In this document: one piece after another, positions 1 to 12,152 of the stretch
How positions within the stretch are numbered: position 1 is the first letter of the stretch
Layout: each line of letters opens with the position of its first letter
Source of the DNA: Trichomonas gallinae
Lineage: Eukaryota
DNA: 34,698 nt
Reading direction: 5' to 3'
Assembly (NCBI GenBank): GCA_008369845.1
Contig: MRSU01002742.1
Span: forward strand, 1-34,698
Made by a program: the position numbers and the translations under genes
Notes under the pieces: model-generated
Database searches by the model: none
Told to the model about the DNA's origin: nothing
What the model saw: the letters and a program-made list of their open reading frames with translations, nothing else

Positions 1-630
1 GAGAAAGACATCACATTCACTGTTCCATCTGCTACAATCATGTTCATAGATATTGTCAGGTTCTCTGATTACGCAGCCAACTTGACACCGCAGCAAATCA
101 TGGGTAATCTTTCATTGATTTTCGACACATTCGATAAGAACTTGACCCAATATAATTTGATTACAAAGATCAAATTAATTGGTGATGTCTACATGTGCGC
201 TGCTGGCTTGTTCAATCCTGAAAGTCAACCGGCTGAACATGCACAGCAGATGCTTAAATTAGCTATCGATTGCTTAGGCGAACTAGAAAACATCAACGTC
301 AGACTCGAGTCAATGCTTGCAGTCAGAATTGGTATCAACACCGGTGGTCCAGTCATCGGCGGTATCTTGGGAACAGACAAGCCTGTTTTCGATATCATTG
401 GAGATCCAATCAATGTCGCTGCAAGATTGCAGTCCACTGACATTCCAGGAAAAGTCCAGATTCCTCAGTCAGTGTATGACCTTGTCCAGAAGATGGACTT
501 CGAGATTGAAAAGAGAGGCGAAGTCTTTCTTAAGGGCAAGGGCAACGTGATGACGTATTTAGTCTCGCCAATCAACATTTTCAACATGGCGTCAACAAAT
601 ATCACATCATCAATGATGATTCGCAAATAA
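1..630 (+). CDS. Class III adenylyl cyclase catalytic domain (5'-truncated by window edge; probably the C-terminus of a transmembrane cyclase)
   Basis: Frame is open from base 1 (EKDITFTVPSATIMFIDIVRFS). All canonical motifs are present: FIDI (metal Asp1), KIKLIGDVYM (Lys + metal Asp2), GINTG, FDIIGDPINVAARLQ (Asp, Asn, Arg), KGKG. The Lys/Asp pair indicates ATP specificity. Confidence 0.95.
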   Translation, partial: EKDITFTVPSATIMFIDIVRFSDYAANLTPQQIMGNLSLIFDTFDKNLTQYNLITKIKLIGDVYMCAAGLFNPESQPAEHAQQMLKLAIDCLGELENINVRLESMLAVRIGINTGGPVIGGILGTDKPVFDIIGDPINVAARLQSTDIPGKVQIPQSVYDLVQKMDFEIEKRGEVFLKGKGNVMTYLVSPINIFNMASTNITSSMMIRK

Positions 631-1088
631 TTTTTATATAATTGTTTGAATATTCATGAAATGAATAAATATTTTCTTTTAAACTTGTTGTTCTTGACTT
701 CTAAAATTTATCATTATCAATAGAAATGAGTGGATAAATCAATAAGAAGCTATTCATTGAATCGATTTAACATGTCAAAAAAATTAACAATTCGAATTTG
801 GTGTTATTCAAAGCGTTTACATTTGAATAGATGTAATAGCGTCAATGACACTTGCATGTTCTAATATGTTATGTATGTTAAAATGCGATAATTGAGAAAA
901 TAACAGCTACTATTGATAGGACATACCTTCAACATAAATGATTTTTCGGAAACATCACGGATAAGAACAAATATTGAATTGTCTATTTCATGCATCTATC
1001 TGTAAAGCTTTACATTGTCGTGAGCGGAATTTTAGAAAACAATTGAGTTTCAATACAACACAAAAAAATTTAAAAATCATTTATTTCT

Positions 1089-1748
1089 TTGTACAAAACT
1101 CCGATTAAACTCATCATTTTCGACAATGATGGAACATTGATGAACTCTGAGTGGGTATATTCTGTTGCGCACAAGATATGCACTAGCTTTGACCTTGATC
1201 CAGTCTTTAAAATCAACTTGATGGGCAAGACACTATAGCATGCAGACTGACAGTTGAACACTATAAACTCGATGAAACACCAGAATCACTTTATGAGCAC
1301 CGCACAAAAATAGTTAATGAGTATTAACCATCAACTAAGCTAATGCCTGGTGCTATGACAATTGTCAGTGAATTCAATAAGAGAGGAGTAAAGATGTCAA
1401 TAGCAACTGATGGAGAAGGATTCGAATTAAAAACTTCTGACCACAAAGACTTAATTGCAATGATGGATGCAATTGTTTGTGGCAATGATGTTAAGCGTGG
1501 AAAGCCTGCTCCTGATTTATTCTTAAAAGAATTGTCAATGTTTGAAGGAATCAAGCGAGAATAAGTTTTAGTGTTCGAAGTTTCTCCACTGGGAATTCGT
1601 GCAACGAATTCATGTGGAATGGTTTCTGTATATGTTCCTAAAGGACACATGAACATCGAGAAGTCTCTTTCATGATCATGATGCACATCCAGCATATATC
1701 ATTGACTCACTAGAACTTTATGATTTCTCTAAATTTTTATTTTGTTGA
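1089..1748 (+). pseudogene. HAD-superfamily hydrolase pseudogene (HDHD1/beta-PGM-like subfamily IA)
   Basis: Manual translation gives (ttg)YKTPIKLIIFDNDGTLMNSE (motif I DxDGT), MPGA...SIAT (motif II), KRGKPAPDLF (motif III), *VLVFEVSPLGI (motif IV, Asp->Val) and IIDSLELYDFSKF. Start is TTG rather than ATG; there is a frameshift near 1235, in-frame stops at about 1325 and at 1562, and a frameshift near 1675. Inr-like TCATT at 1077-1081. Confidence 0.9.
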
Positions 1749-1943
1749 AAATATCCTTTATATTTCTTAAATATATAGTTTTAAAACAAAATTTTTCACT
1801 TCAAAATTACTTAGAATATAAAATTAAAATTTAATAAAATTTTATTATAAAAACATTGGATTTTATTTGCAAAAATCATGATACTTACATATACATGACA
1901 GAGTATAATATATTACAAACATTTCTCTCGTATGAGATTATTT

Positions 1944-2651
1944 TCAATTCTTGAATGTAAATCCTTGTGGCATTCCTTTGACTTTGATGTTTCTTCCAGA
2001 CCAGTTGAAATTACTACGGCGATGTAAGAAGTCTGTAGAATCTGTTGGGTTGACGAATTCGACTAAAACTTGGCCGCGAGCTTGACAGAACTTTGAAATG
2101 CGATAGTTTTTTTCAAATTTCTCGCGAACAAGTGCTTCTTCCTTGCCGAATGGAACGTTTTGCGCTAAAATTGATCTAGAGTAAAATAGTTGTGAGGGAT
2201 CTGTAACTTCTACTGCTGGTTCTATCTTTGGTTCTGGCTTTGGCTCCGGTTTCGGTTCTATCTTTGGCTCTGGTTTTGGAATTTCAACAGGCTTCCATCC
2301 GGGGTCTTGAACAGGAGCGAAAAATGAAGACTGATATATGATCTTTGGCTGAGCTACAGATGTAAGAATAAACATTTCGTTCGATTGGTAAAATTTTTCA
2401 TCAATTTTTACATAACCAGTCGCATGGCCTGATATTTCATTGCTAGTCTGAACACCATCAGCTCTCATAACTGTATATTCTCCTTTTATAAGACTTTCGT
2501 GATATTTTTCTGAAACTTTAATCGTATTTGATTCAAACTTGATTTCTAGGACAGCTCCTTCATCATAGAACTGGTTAACTGACTCTGGGTTTTCAGCGAA
2601 AGCTTTGTATAAAGTTGTAACATAATCTTTAACAAACTCGTCACTAATCAT
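1944..2651 (-). CDS. NTF2-like domain + Pro/Glu/Lys linker + RRM protein (G3BP/Bre5-like architecture)
   Basis: N-terminal FVKDYVTTLYKAFAENPESVNQFYDEGAVL matches the start of an NTF2 fold; PEPK repeats follow; C-terminal SILAQNVP...GQVLVEF...GRNIKVK fits RNP2/RNP1 of an RRM. Confidence 0.75.
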   Translation of the reverse strand: MISDEFVKDYVTTLYKAFAENPESVNQFYDEGAVLEIKFESNTIKVSEKYHESLIKGEYTVMRADGVQTSNEISGHATGYVKIDEKFYQSNEMFILTSVAQPKIIYQSSFFAPVQDPGWKPVEIPKPEPKIEPKPEPKPEPKIEPAVEVTDPSQLFYSRSILAQNVPFGKEEALVREKFEKNYRISKFCQARGQVLVEFVNPTDSTDFLHRRSNFNWSGRNIKVKGMPQGFTFKN

Positions 2652-2685
2652 GAAAATTTAAAAAAGTGGTCTTTTTCATCAACAT

Positions 2686-2719
2686 TTTACTTGTCAAAAT
2701 ATATATTTACTTGTCAAAA
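2686..2719 (-). promoter_or_regulatory. Two exact 14-bp copies of TTTTGACAAGTAAA (gene-strand reading), 20 bp apart, upstream of the NTF2-RRM gene
   Basis: tttacttgtcaaaa at 2686-2699 and 2706-2719, 35-68 bp upstream of the ATG at 2651. The repeat is directly seen; regulatory function is inferred. Confidence 0.5.
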
Positions 2720-3230
2720 ATTTAAGTAAATTTTAAAATTTTCATTGGAAACTGCAGCAAATAGATTTCACTTCATATTTTCAAAGCAAATTTTTTCATT
2801 TTCTAATTTTTAATTATCAAAATATAGTAAAAATTCAGTGAAAAAATGAAAAATATTCGAAAAAACATTTTGAAACTTCAAATTTTCACGAAAATAAATC
2901 TGCAGATCTGCTCCATTATACATGCAAAATCCATATATTAAAAATAAATCTTAACAATATCTTATTTTTTAAATTATTAACCTCTTAACATCCAAAATTG
3001 GTTAAGTATTAAGCATATTTGTTGTATTTCTTATAGTTTGTTAGCTTTCATTTAATTATTCAAATTTTTCAAATCCTTGTTTTTGTGATTAATGAGATTC
3101 GTAAGTCGATTATAATAGAACAGTACAAACAATATTTAATATTATAAACAGACAAAGAAAAAATTGAAAATCGGAATAATATTGCAATGATCTAAAAGAT
3201 AATTGCCGTTAACTAATATAAGAAAGAGAA

Positions 3231-4139
3231 TTAGTTAGAATACTCATATGAGTTATCCTCATCTTGTTCCTCTTCACATGGTTCCCAATCGTAGTGATCT
3301 GAAAGATTGATTTTTGCACGAGACAAAGCCATATTTATGAGAGTAAACATGCACTCATAGTTTGGCTCGTCGTCATATTTAAGATTCTTGATATATTTCC
3401 ATATTTCAGCCAATTCAGGAAAATCTGGCCGAAAAAGTTGACTCATATCATGCGTATTTTTATAATTATATATCTCGTCGCGGCTTTCTATGCTTTTCCA
3501 TGGCAGTCTCCCAGTTAAAAGGTCAACAGATACATAATACCATGAAATAATGTCATCAATGCGCGAAAGTTCTTTTTGGTTATGTGCATTAACAGAACAA
3601 TATACCAATGTTCCTTTGAATCCCGGATTATCTCTTGCAGGAAATTGCAACCCTGTATTTTTATCGACATATATCCTCGATAATCCGAAATCAATAATCT
3701 TTATAGGATACTCTTTATCATCGCTTATAAGAAAATTCGAAGGTTTTATGTCACGATGAACTACATTCAAATTATGAAGTTCATGAATGGCTTTTAACAT
3801 ATGATATGCAATTCTGAGTCCCGAGGATTTCGAGAATTTAGTTCTATTAGATGTTGTAAGGTATTGGGATAATGAAGGTCCAATATATTCCATAATTAAA
3901 TAATTCGTATAGTCGGTAGTTCCTCCTTCAATGAATCTAGGGATATATTTAGAACTTTGGAGCATCGGATAAAGTTTAATTTCAAACATCAATGCTGAAT
4001 GCTTTGAACTTTTGAATTCAACTTTTCCAGCATATAATTTACTGTCTTTATCAGATTTGACTACATACACCTGACCGAATGCACCGTAACCAAGCTGCTT
4101 CTGAATCTTATAATCTTTAAATATCCCATTCAACAACAT
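3231..4139 (-). CDS. Casein kinase 1 (CK1/TTBK-like) family Ser/Thr protein kinase
   Basis: LGYGAFGQVY, AGKVE, HRDIKPSNF, DFGLSR, and CK1-type GTLVYCSVNAH (SIN-like, no APE), SRIDD, LPW, PNY. Confidence 0.95.
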   Translation of the reverse strand: MLLNGIFKDYKIQKQLGYGAFGQVYVVKSDKDSKLYAGKVEFKSSKHSALMFEIKLYPMLQSSKYIPRFIEGGTTDYTNYLIMEYIGPSLSQYLTTSNRTKFSKSSGLRIAYHMLKAIHELHNLNVVHRDIKPSNFLISDDKEYPIKIIDFGLSRIYVDKNTGLQFPARDNPGFKGTLVYCSVNAHNQKELSRIDDIISWYYVSVDLLTGRLPWKSIESRDEIYNYKNTHDMSQLFRPDFPELAEIWKYIKNLKYDDEPNYECMFTLINMALSRAKINLSDHYDWEPCEEEQDEDNSYEYSN

Positions 4140-7100
4140 CTAATTTTGAAAATAATATGAATTCAATTGAATTTATCGTTGAGTACGAAAAATCTTCAGT
4201 ATTAGTCTTACATAACATTAATTATCGTTTTGTATTGAATGAACCTCTGGCGAAAATGTTTTTGAAATATTTAAAATAACATATCAATAAGCAGAAATCA
4301 AGAGTATAGTTTTTGTGGGTTGCATCAATTTTGAATAAGTTATCACAAAATCGCTTTTACGACCATATCTTATAGAAGCGCAGGTGTCAGTATCTATGCA
4401 AGAATTGCAAGTAATGATCAAGTTAATAGAAAAATAATTTATAATCAATTATTTTTTGGTGATTTACCCAAATTAATTCTATGAGCAAATAACAGCGAAG
4501 AAAAAATTTGAGTGCAAAATGTTGGCCTATTATATTTCAGGTACTTTAACGGAATGAATTAAAATAAAAGCATAAATTTAATTGATTGGAATCCGCGGTT
4601 AAAAAATAAATATTTCTGAACGATAAACTTATCAAAAATTCTGTTAATTCACGTTTCAGTTGATATCTGAAAAATCGATAAAGCGAATTTTTATGTCATT
4701 TTTGCCTCTCCATGGCCGTACGGTACAACGGTCATAAACGTAAAAACAATTTGACACATTTTTGTAATATATTTAATACAAAACGTAAAAAAAATAATGA
4801 GCCAACGATTAAATCACTTTCAATTAATAATTTTAACTTATTATAGTACACGATAGCAGCAAAAGATTCAAAGTGATAGTTTGAATCATAAGATGGAAGG
4901 TAACAGACGATCATTTCATCAGTATCAAATGCATTTATTTCTAATATCCAGACAGGTTTTAAATATATAACCAAAATCGAGCCAAGAGTCGCAAAAATAA
5001 GATCAATATGATAATTACATCAATCTGATTCAATTATTAATTACCATATTGCAATTTTTATTTTTTTCAATTTTTTTTAATTCGCATTTGAACAAACTAA
5101 TGACAGTTTCATCAATTCCATCATATATAGATATATTTTCCATCTTTTTTAGTTCTTTATAATATTTTTATTTTTTTTCACAAATTATCCGCCCAAAAAT
5201 AAGATATCCGCAATTTCATCTTTACGAATACCATCAAAACATCCAAATTATCCAATATTCTTCAAATTATTTTTCTCAAAAAAATATTTTTCAAATATTT
5301 TGTACATATATGACATGTATAATCAATCGTATTATCCGTACATCTACGTTCATAGATCAATTAATGCTAATTTTTGGTTTCTTCCATAACATTTTTCTTA
5401 TTTGTTGAAAAAAATCATCTTTATAATACTTACATCGACAAATCCGACTGATTATCGAATAAAGGTATTCAATTACCTTTATTTTATTCCATTTTTTTTT
5501 AATTTGAACTATTAACGATGGATAACATTGAATTATCAAAACCATGACATTTTTACGGACCTGCATTTACATTATTTCAATGCATTTCATACAATATTTT
5601 GCTTTTTTTCAAATCTTTGAGGAAACCTTAACATATTAAAATAAACATTCTACTTGTTTATATGCTAACTTTTTAGGCTTCATCCACAGCTTTTTTAAAA
5701 AATTGACATTTCCTTATTTGATAAATGATCGCAAGTATGTTATCGCCGTACTTCCGTTGTAGATGATAATGATTTTTCATGCATGTCGGAGCCTTTCGTA
5801 CAATATTGGAATGACGGTCTTTTAGGATAAGCTAATAAACACCATTAAAGTTTTAGCACTAAAATATATTTCATACGCATATTTTATTCTTAGATGGGAA
5901 AGGTTTAAAAATGAATATCAAAATGTTTCAATGCAATTTTTTAGAATTTGGATAGGCTCAATATCATAAATGGATGTGACTAGATCTAAGATTTACATGG
6001 GTGTATTAAATAATCGTCAATTTTATAATGAAAATTACGAAACATCAAATTTAAAGTTTATTCTAGTAAAAATGATACAGTTATGCATATTATGAGTATT
6101 AATGGAAAAAATCTAAAAGGATGACCACTCAAATTAGACATTTAAATTTTCGATATCATAAATAATGATTTCATAGCCAGGCATTTTCCCATCATTATTC
6201 AATGATGATTCTATGTAGATATTAAGTTATTAAACTAGCAGATATTAAGATATAATATGCGCGCATAAATTCTAGTCGTTTGATAACAATTTTATTAGGT
6301 GATTGATAATATAGAGATAATACTCTATCTATTGGAGTTATTACTCAAGGCTCATCTCGAAATTAATATAATAACAGGGGTGAGGGGCTGACACCAAATA
6401 CTTTTTCTCATTTTCACGGGCTTATTGTCACTTTAACTTGCTTTTTACGATCGATATCAGTTTGGTTTAAAGAGAGCATATAGTAGCCAAAATTATATAA
6501 GTATTTTTATAGTTCCTCTTTAGCAAGATTATATCCTGAAGTAACAGTGATATGTATTCCTTTAAAGTACTATTTTATAATAAACTTAGGTTCTTCTTGC
6601 AAATACACTTATCCATTCATTACAAATCGAAGTTTTTCACTGCAAATTTAAATAGAGTATGTTTTATTTTCAACTTTTGTTCGTTTGGGTGCATTGACAC
6701 TAGTATAGTGAACAGTGAAAGAATAATTCAGATCTTCTGCGTTGTAAGAGGTTCTAGAAATAACCTTATTGACATATATCAGTATAGGATCAACTTTTCT
6801 ATTTCTCCTTTTTGGGTTCCTATTGGAAAAGTCTGTGAACCAAATATATAGCGAAATTGCTTTGAATTTTGACAATTCCGATAAAAAAAAATATATTAAT
6901 TCTACCTACATTCAAAATTGAATTTGCTAAAAGGATCATTAAAAGGAAAAAGCAATATGTAGCCATCAAGTAATGTCGCCAGATGTTTAATAATTGTGAG
7001 GACCAAAATTGAAAAAACCTATAAATTATTTTTCAGAATAAGTAGAGTTTTCGCGTGCAATATAGGCAGCTGGGTTGTTTTATAAGGAAAACATATGAGA

Positions 7101-7144
7101 TTCAATATTTCAATCGAAAGAATTTTTTTACTTCAATTTATTTT

Positions 7145-7600
7145 ATGCTAAACTCGCAACCAAGGCAGCTGTTTCCGATGCAGTTTTCGCTGAACCCACC
7201 AAAGCAGCGTACTCCCCAATCTATTAGAGACAACGAGAAGGTTCGAAAGCGTATGAAAATCAACGGACCCAAAGTCGAAAAAGTCTCGAATTTCATCGAT
7301 AAGTTATTCGGGACTCATGTAACAATTGCCATACTAACCAGTCTCGCTAAGTTAATTATCAATAAGCATGCGCTTGTTCTCGATCGTTTGGCTAGGCGAA
7401 ACCGTTCGGCTCTTCTTTGCTGGTATGCTGAGAACTGGGACATTATACATCCAATGCTCACTGATTCGAAGTTTGCCACCAAAATAAAAATAATGAAACA
7501 GGGGCTGATAAAGCAAAAAATTACAAAGAAAGACGAACAATCGAAAAAGGATATGTTCTTCGATCCTACCGACCTAAATGTTTTGTTAAATTTCCATTAA
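7145..7600 (+). CDS. Uncharacterised small basic protein, 'DRLARRN..ALLCWY.ENW' family (paralogue of 20306..20740)
   Basis: The ORF-track start at 7055 is GTG; the first ATG is at 7145. Shares DRLARRN[RK][ST]ALLCWY[AT]ENW.II.P and C-terminal DP[ST]DL..LLN[FY]H* with the ORF at 20306. Confidence 0.85.
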   Translation: MLNSQPRQLFPMQFSLNPPKQRTPQSIRDNEKVRKRMKINGPKVEKVSNFIDKLFGTHVTIAILTSLAKLIINKHALVLDRLARRNRSALLCWYAENWDIIHPMLTDSKFATKIKIMKQGLIKQKITKKDEQSKKDMFFDPTDLNVLLNFH

Positions 7601-9744
7601 AAAACCGTTGATTTAACATGATTTTTTCTATGGTCCTCAAAATTTTGAATAAAGATATATTTTTTTTGACATTCAATTTTTTGGTTGATGATGGCAACTC
7701 ACCATGGGAATAAGTCGGGCGATTCACCGACGCTAGTTTTGATGTTTCCATAGCTTAAAAATGTACAGAAGCAAATATATCATATCGATGAGATTAAAAA
7801 ATTATTTTAGCGAAAAATAAACAAGAATTTTGATGCTATAATACATACAATTGTGTATAGTTCTTTATATACATATAATATCTATACAGTTATTATGACA
7901 ATTCAATTTTTTTAACATGCATTTTTCAATTTAAACAAATAAATCTCAATATAAAAGATAAGGCGAAAAGACATATTATATTACGATAATATATTCTATT
8001 ACGACAGTAAAAAATATTATTTCATATATTTTTATTTTCCGAAATTTTAAAAAAAATCCGAATTATGTATATTATTTATGAATTCATACTGTGATGTCTG
8101 TTTTGTTTGTGAATGTGTGTTTTAAATATTTTTTTTTTATGATAAAGTTTTCAAATAATTTCCATTAATTTTGTAATTGCAATTAATACATTTTTATAAT
8201 TAGATATGCAATATATGCATCGAAATGTGTTTGTTTGTTCGATTTATAGATGAATTTGATGGAATTGTTAAAATCCTTGGAATAATCACTAATATACAAT
8301 AATTAATGATATATTTTGAAGTTATATCATGTGCTTAGCATTGTTTGATGTATTTTGTTGCTATTGCGCTTAAAATTAAAGTCTTGAACAATGATATATA
8401 AAAAAAAAGTAACAAAAAACTTTTTTTTGATATCAAAATATTTTGAATATTTTCAATCTTTATATTCATTATTTGTTATTTTTAGAGAATATATAGATCT
8501 AATGGCATATTATGGACTGATACGTAGAAATTTACTATATCAAAATGTTTGAAAAGCAAAACCTGTAATTTTAATAAAATTGATAAAAAAGTTCAGCTTT
8601 TTTCCCTCAATCTATTGATGTCATTTGAAAAAATAATCAATTCAAAAAGCAAATAATGCCTAATTAGCCTTTATAGGGGCATATTTTAAATTGAAAAAAC
8701 AAATAGCATTCAATTTTGTTTAGTTTTAATGACATTTAAAATCACTTTAAAATATTTCGGATCGAAAATCCAGTTTTCTTAATCTACTATATGAATCCAA
8801 TCGATATAATTTATAATATAACAAAATTTCAAATTCTGACTCGAAAATGACTCGTAGTTTTTAACATTTTATCTTTTATTATTAGAAGTGATGATGAAAT
8901 CACTTGCTTCGTTACATATTCCTAAAACAAATCATTTTTCGACAATACAACAAGTCTACTTTATAGCCGACATTCATATCAGCAAAGAAAATAATTGACA
9001 ATTTATCAAATTTTGAAAATTGATACAGGTCTTTTTTTAAAAAATTCTGAGATAATTTTTCATGATTGATATCAACTTTATATTTTTACAGGCCAATCAT
9101 AATATCTCATTGTAGTGATTCTGTTTCGCTATTTTATCAAGGTTTTATAATTAACGTTCTTCAGAAATTCTACTATGATCGAAATCAATTGTTTTTTTGA
9201 TTTACTGGCCAATTCTCGAGCATCAGATCATTTATCTCTTCATAATAAGCATTACATTATTAATTTGCGGAGGATCAGAATCAAAAATGTATAAATGCCA
9301 GTATATATTAATGGAGGATAATATTTAGCTGTAATGATAAAACGAATGTGTTTTTGACATATCATGCTACTTTAAGATGGAGCGGGTTAATTTCTGAGGA
9401 CATATATATTTTCTGAAGATATTTTTCACTTCATATCACCGATCAAATATCAATAACTATCCTAATTTTAACATATTTTGTTTTTCATCGAATATTTTTT
9501 TTCAAAAAAATCATTATTCTTTTTTTAATATTATCATAGGACGCCACATAGTAAATATCATATATAATGCATTACATTCTACAGAAGCATGCAAAAAGCA
9601 ATATATACATATATATTTCTAATTCTAATATGAATTAATTTAAATTTTATTATATTTTATAAATCAAAAAGAATTCATGTAAAAACAAATCGTATTTATA
9701 TAAATATAACATAGTAAAACAAAAAACATACAAAATATAAAACT

Positions 9745-11600
9745 CTATATAAAATTAGAAATTATAATCTCTAAATCATCGAACATGTTGATTTTTCCGT
9801 ATACATCTTTGACTTTCGCTGCATTTGGATAGGATTTAGCTTCAGCGGCAATGAAAATTTGTTGTATTCCTAATGTAAATAATACACAAAATTTGTTTGG
9901 AAATTTCTTCATCCATGAAACGTAGAAATGGCTCAAATGATACATCTAGAGTGCAAGAAATAGATAGTCTGCTGACAGAGAAAGAAACTAAAGGTGATTG
10001 AATCTGCGCTTTGAATTTTAATGACGACTTCAAGTAATGAATGAGATCGCGAATGAAAAGCAAAACGATTTCAATTGGCGATTTCTTGAAAATGAAATAA
10101 ATCAAAGAACCTTGGCATCTTAAAAGTTTCGCATCTGAATAACATTGCAAAACATTGTTTGAAACATTGAAAATGTTATCAACTGCTGGATTGAACTCGT
10201 TATTAGAATATCCATTATCACCATCAACGAATTCTTGTTAACGAAACGAGAAATTCCATTCTGCAGAATTTTCTCGCGTAATAATTTGGCAATGAATATG
10301 ACAATTGTTTTAATTATGTTGCTTTTGGTTGCATATCGAATGAGGTGTCATATAAAGCATATCTAAGAATATGATCTTGTTCGTAGCATCTAACAATGAA
10401 TATCATTTCTTCTGTGAAACAGTAAAACCTCTCAAGTTTCCTGAAGTTTCCGGGAAAATTTCCTGAAATTTGCGTCCAATAAATTCAAGTGGCTCAAGTC
10501 CAACGATTTCTTGGCAATTAGTTGATATGCAAGAAATTAATCTTGAATTTTTGACGACAATAACTTCTAAAATACTTAAAATCATTTTCTGTTCCGGTGG
10601 ATTTTCTTTCTGTTTGTTGACATGGTCTAAATATCCGATTGTCAGCTGTACAACTAGTCAAAATAATGTTGTTAAGACAGTTGTTGCAATTAAAGATAAT
10701 TGCGAAGTCATGTTTACCTTGTCGATATCTTCTAATATTAACTGCAGATCTCTTCTGTACCATGACAAGTTTTGATTAAGATTAAATGATGATTTTGATA
10801 TAGTCAAATTCGTGATCTTATCATACATATTGTAAGGAAGAACTTTGATTTTCATAGCCGATGAATTGATTTTATTCAAATAAAACACTGTTCTGTCGTG
10901 TTCAAAGAAAACTGTTACTCTCGCTAAATAAAACAAGAAGAAGGAGAAAAACCATGAAAGCAGGAAAAGGAAGAAATACAGAATATAAATGAACTTGTAT
11001 TCTGTATTTGTTTGTTCATTGATTTGTTGATGACATCAATATTTTCTAGTTTTTCTTTCGAAATTGGTTTCTCAGATAAAATGTTTTCAATTTCGGAGAC
11101 ACTGAAGTCTTCTGTATCTGTTTCGCTAAAGAAACTTTGTATCTATGGAGTTGGTGATGCCTAAAATGGACTCAATAAAGCAAATTGTGATGGTTTAAGA
11201 AGTTGATCAGCGCCAAAAAATGAAATTGCAAATTTAGCATCTATTAGATTAACGTGATGACTTGTTTGCTGGTTATTTTATATGTCAAGCTCTGAATTAT
11301 ATTTATCGATTTTCAATGCTCGTAATTTTGGTGTTGTATCTGTTTTGTGCTCTTCACTTTCTTTGACATTTGGGAATAATATCTTGAACAAATCCCAGCT
11401 TTCCAATGATTTCTTCAATAACAACAAACTCAATCTTTGAAGTCAAGAAATTCCACAGCTTTTGCAGGTGTATTTCTCAAGGATGTTGAAAGGGCAACAA
11501 ATCCAAGAAATACTGTAATAATGCAGCTGATTAATAAATAAACTCCCATATGTATAAACTCCCTTTGTGGAAATGACCTAAAACTAAATTTCTGTCTCTC
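9745..11600 (-). pseudogene. Disrupted 3' half of a transmembrane PAS/cyclase-like gene
   Basis: Fragments run in the same order as the neighbouring intact gene: TM (MGVYLLISCIITVFLGFVAL), acidic loop, TM (FIYILYFFLFLLSWFFSFFLF), TM, PAS-like (VIVVKNSRLISCISTNCQEIVGLEPLEFIGRKFQEIFP), then a highly degenerate cyclase-like segment (VDNIFNVSNNVLQCYSDAKLLRCQGSLIYF). Multiple stops and frameshifts. The 5' boundary is approximate. Confidence 0.7.
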
Positions 11601-11621
11601 AAATCCGTCAAATTTCCTAGA

Positions 11622-11731
11622 ATTCAATTTCTTTGAATTCACTCCCAAATTATTGAAAAACCTTTCAAATCTTGACTTTTGATATGCCCATTCAATTTCT
11701 TTGAATTCACTCACAAATTATTGAAAAACCT
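11622..11731. repeat. Direct repeat, 2 x 42 bp, 68-bp period, 1 mismatch
   Basis: attcaatttctttgaattcactc[c/a]caaattattgaaaaacct at 11622-11663 and 11690-11731. Confidence 0.95.
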
Positions 11732-11886
11732 ATCAATCAATTGAGAACTTTGAGAGCCGGGCGTGTTTAACACCCACATCATTTTTCTAGAAAAATAAAA
11801 AAAAATAGAATAAAATAGAATAAATTGATTCAAAGTGCCTGTACAAGTTAAAACGAAGGAAATTGTTTAAAAAACGTATTTTTGAC

Positions 11887-11964
11887 AGGTAACTCACTGG
11901 TAACCCACTTTTTCCCCGGGGGTATCGCAAAACAGGTGGGTGGGTTACCTTGCGACATCCTTAA
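11887..11964. mobile_element. Possible DNA-transposon end (GC-rich island with repeated GGTAAC(C/T)CAC, ending CC|TTAA)
   Basis: Perfect 10-bp inverted repeat ggtaacccac (11899-11908) / gtgggttacc (11940-11949), a third near-copy at 11888-11897, ccccgggg palindrome in the loop, TTAA at 11961-11964. No partner end or transposase was seen. Confidence 0.35.
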
Positions 11965-12111
11965 TCTATATTAGAAACGAGACACATATATGATTTGATC
12001 AAACTTATTATCTTTATTACAAACAAATTAGTTTCTATCAATTGATACGTTCAATATAAGTTCAGTAGGAGGGAAGAATATTTTGATAATGTAGATTATG
12101 GTTTCCCCAAC

Positions 12112-12152
12112 TAACAATGCTAAAAGGGTCATTTTTTGCGTAAAAAAACTAC
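12112..12152 (+). repeat. ~40-bp dispersed repeat (second copy inverted at 29284..29322)
   Basis: taacaatgctaaaagggtcattttttgcgtaaaaaaactac versus the reverse complement of 29284-29322, taacgatgctaaaaggctcatttttgcgtaaaaaactac. Confidence 0.85.

Noticed and set aside
4732..5830. Possible decayed Sel1-repeat or HMG-box gene on the minus strand (GFLKDLKKSKILYEM; YPKRP)
   Set aside because: Only isolated short resemblances in AT-rich sequence with many stops; no consistent frame could be rebuilt.
6552..6875. Overlapping short ORFs on both strands
   Set aside because: No recognisable motif; consistent with chance ORFs or an unidentifiable remnant.
11622..11731. CRISPR-like repeat-spacer-repeat appearance (42-bp repeats, 26-bp gap)
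   Set aside because: Only two units, the gap resembles the sequence after the second copy (tandem duplication), no cas genes, eukaryotic context.
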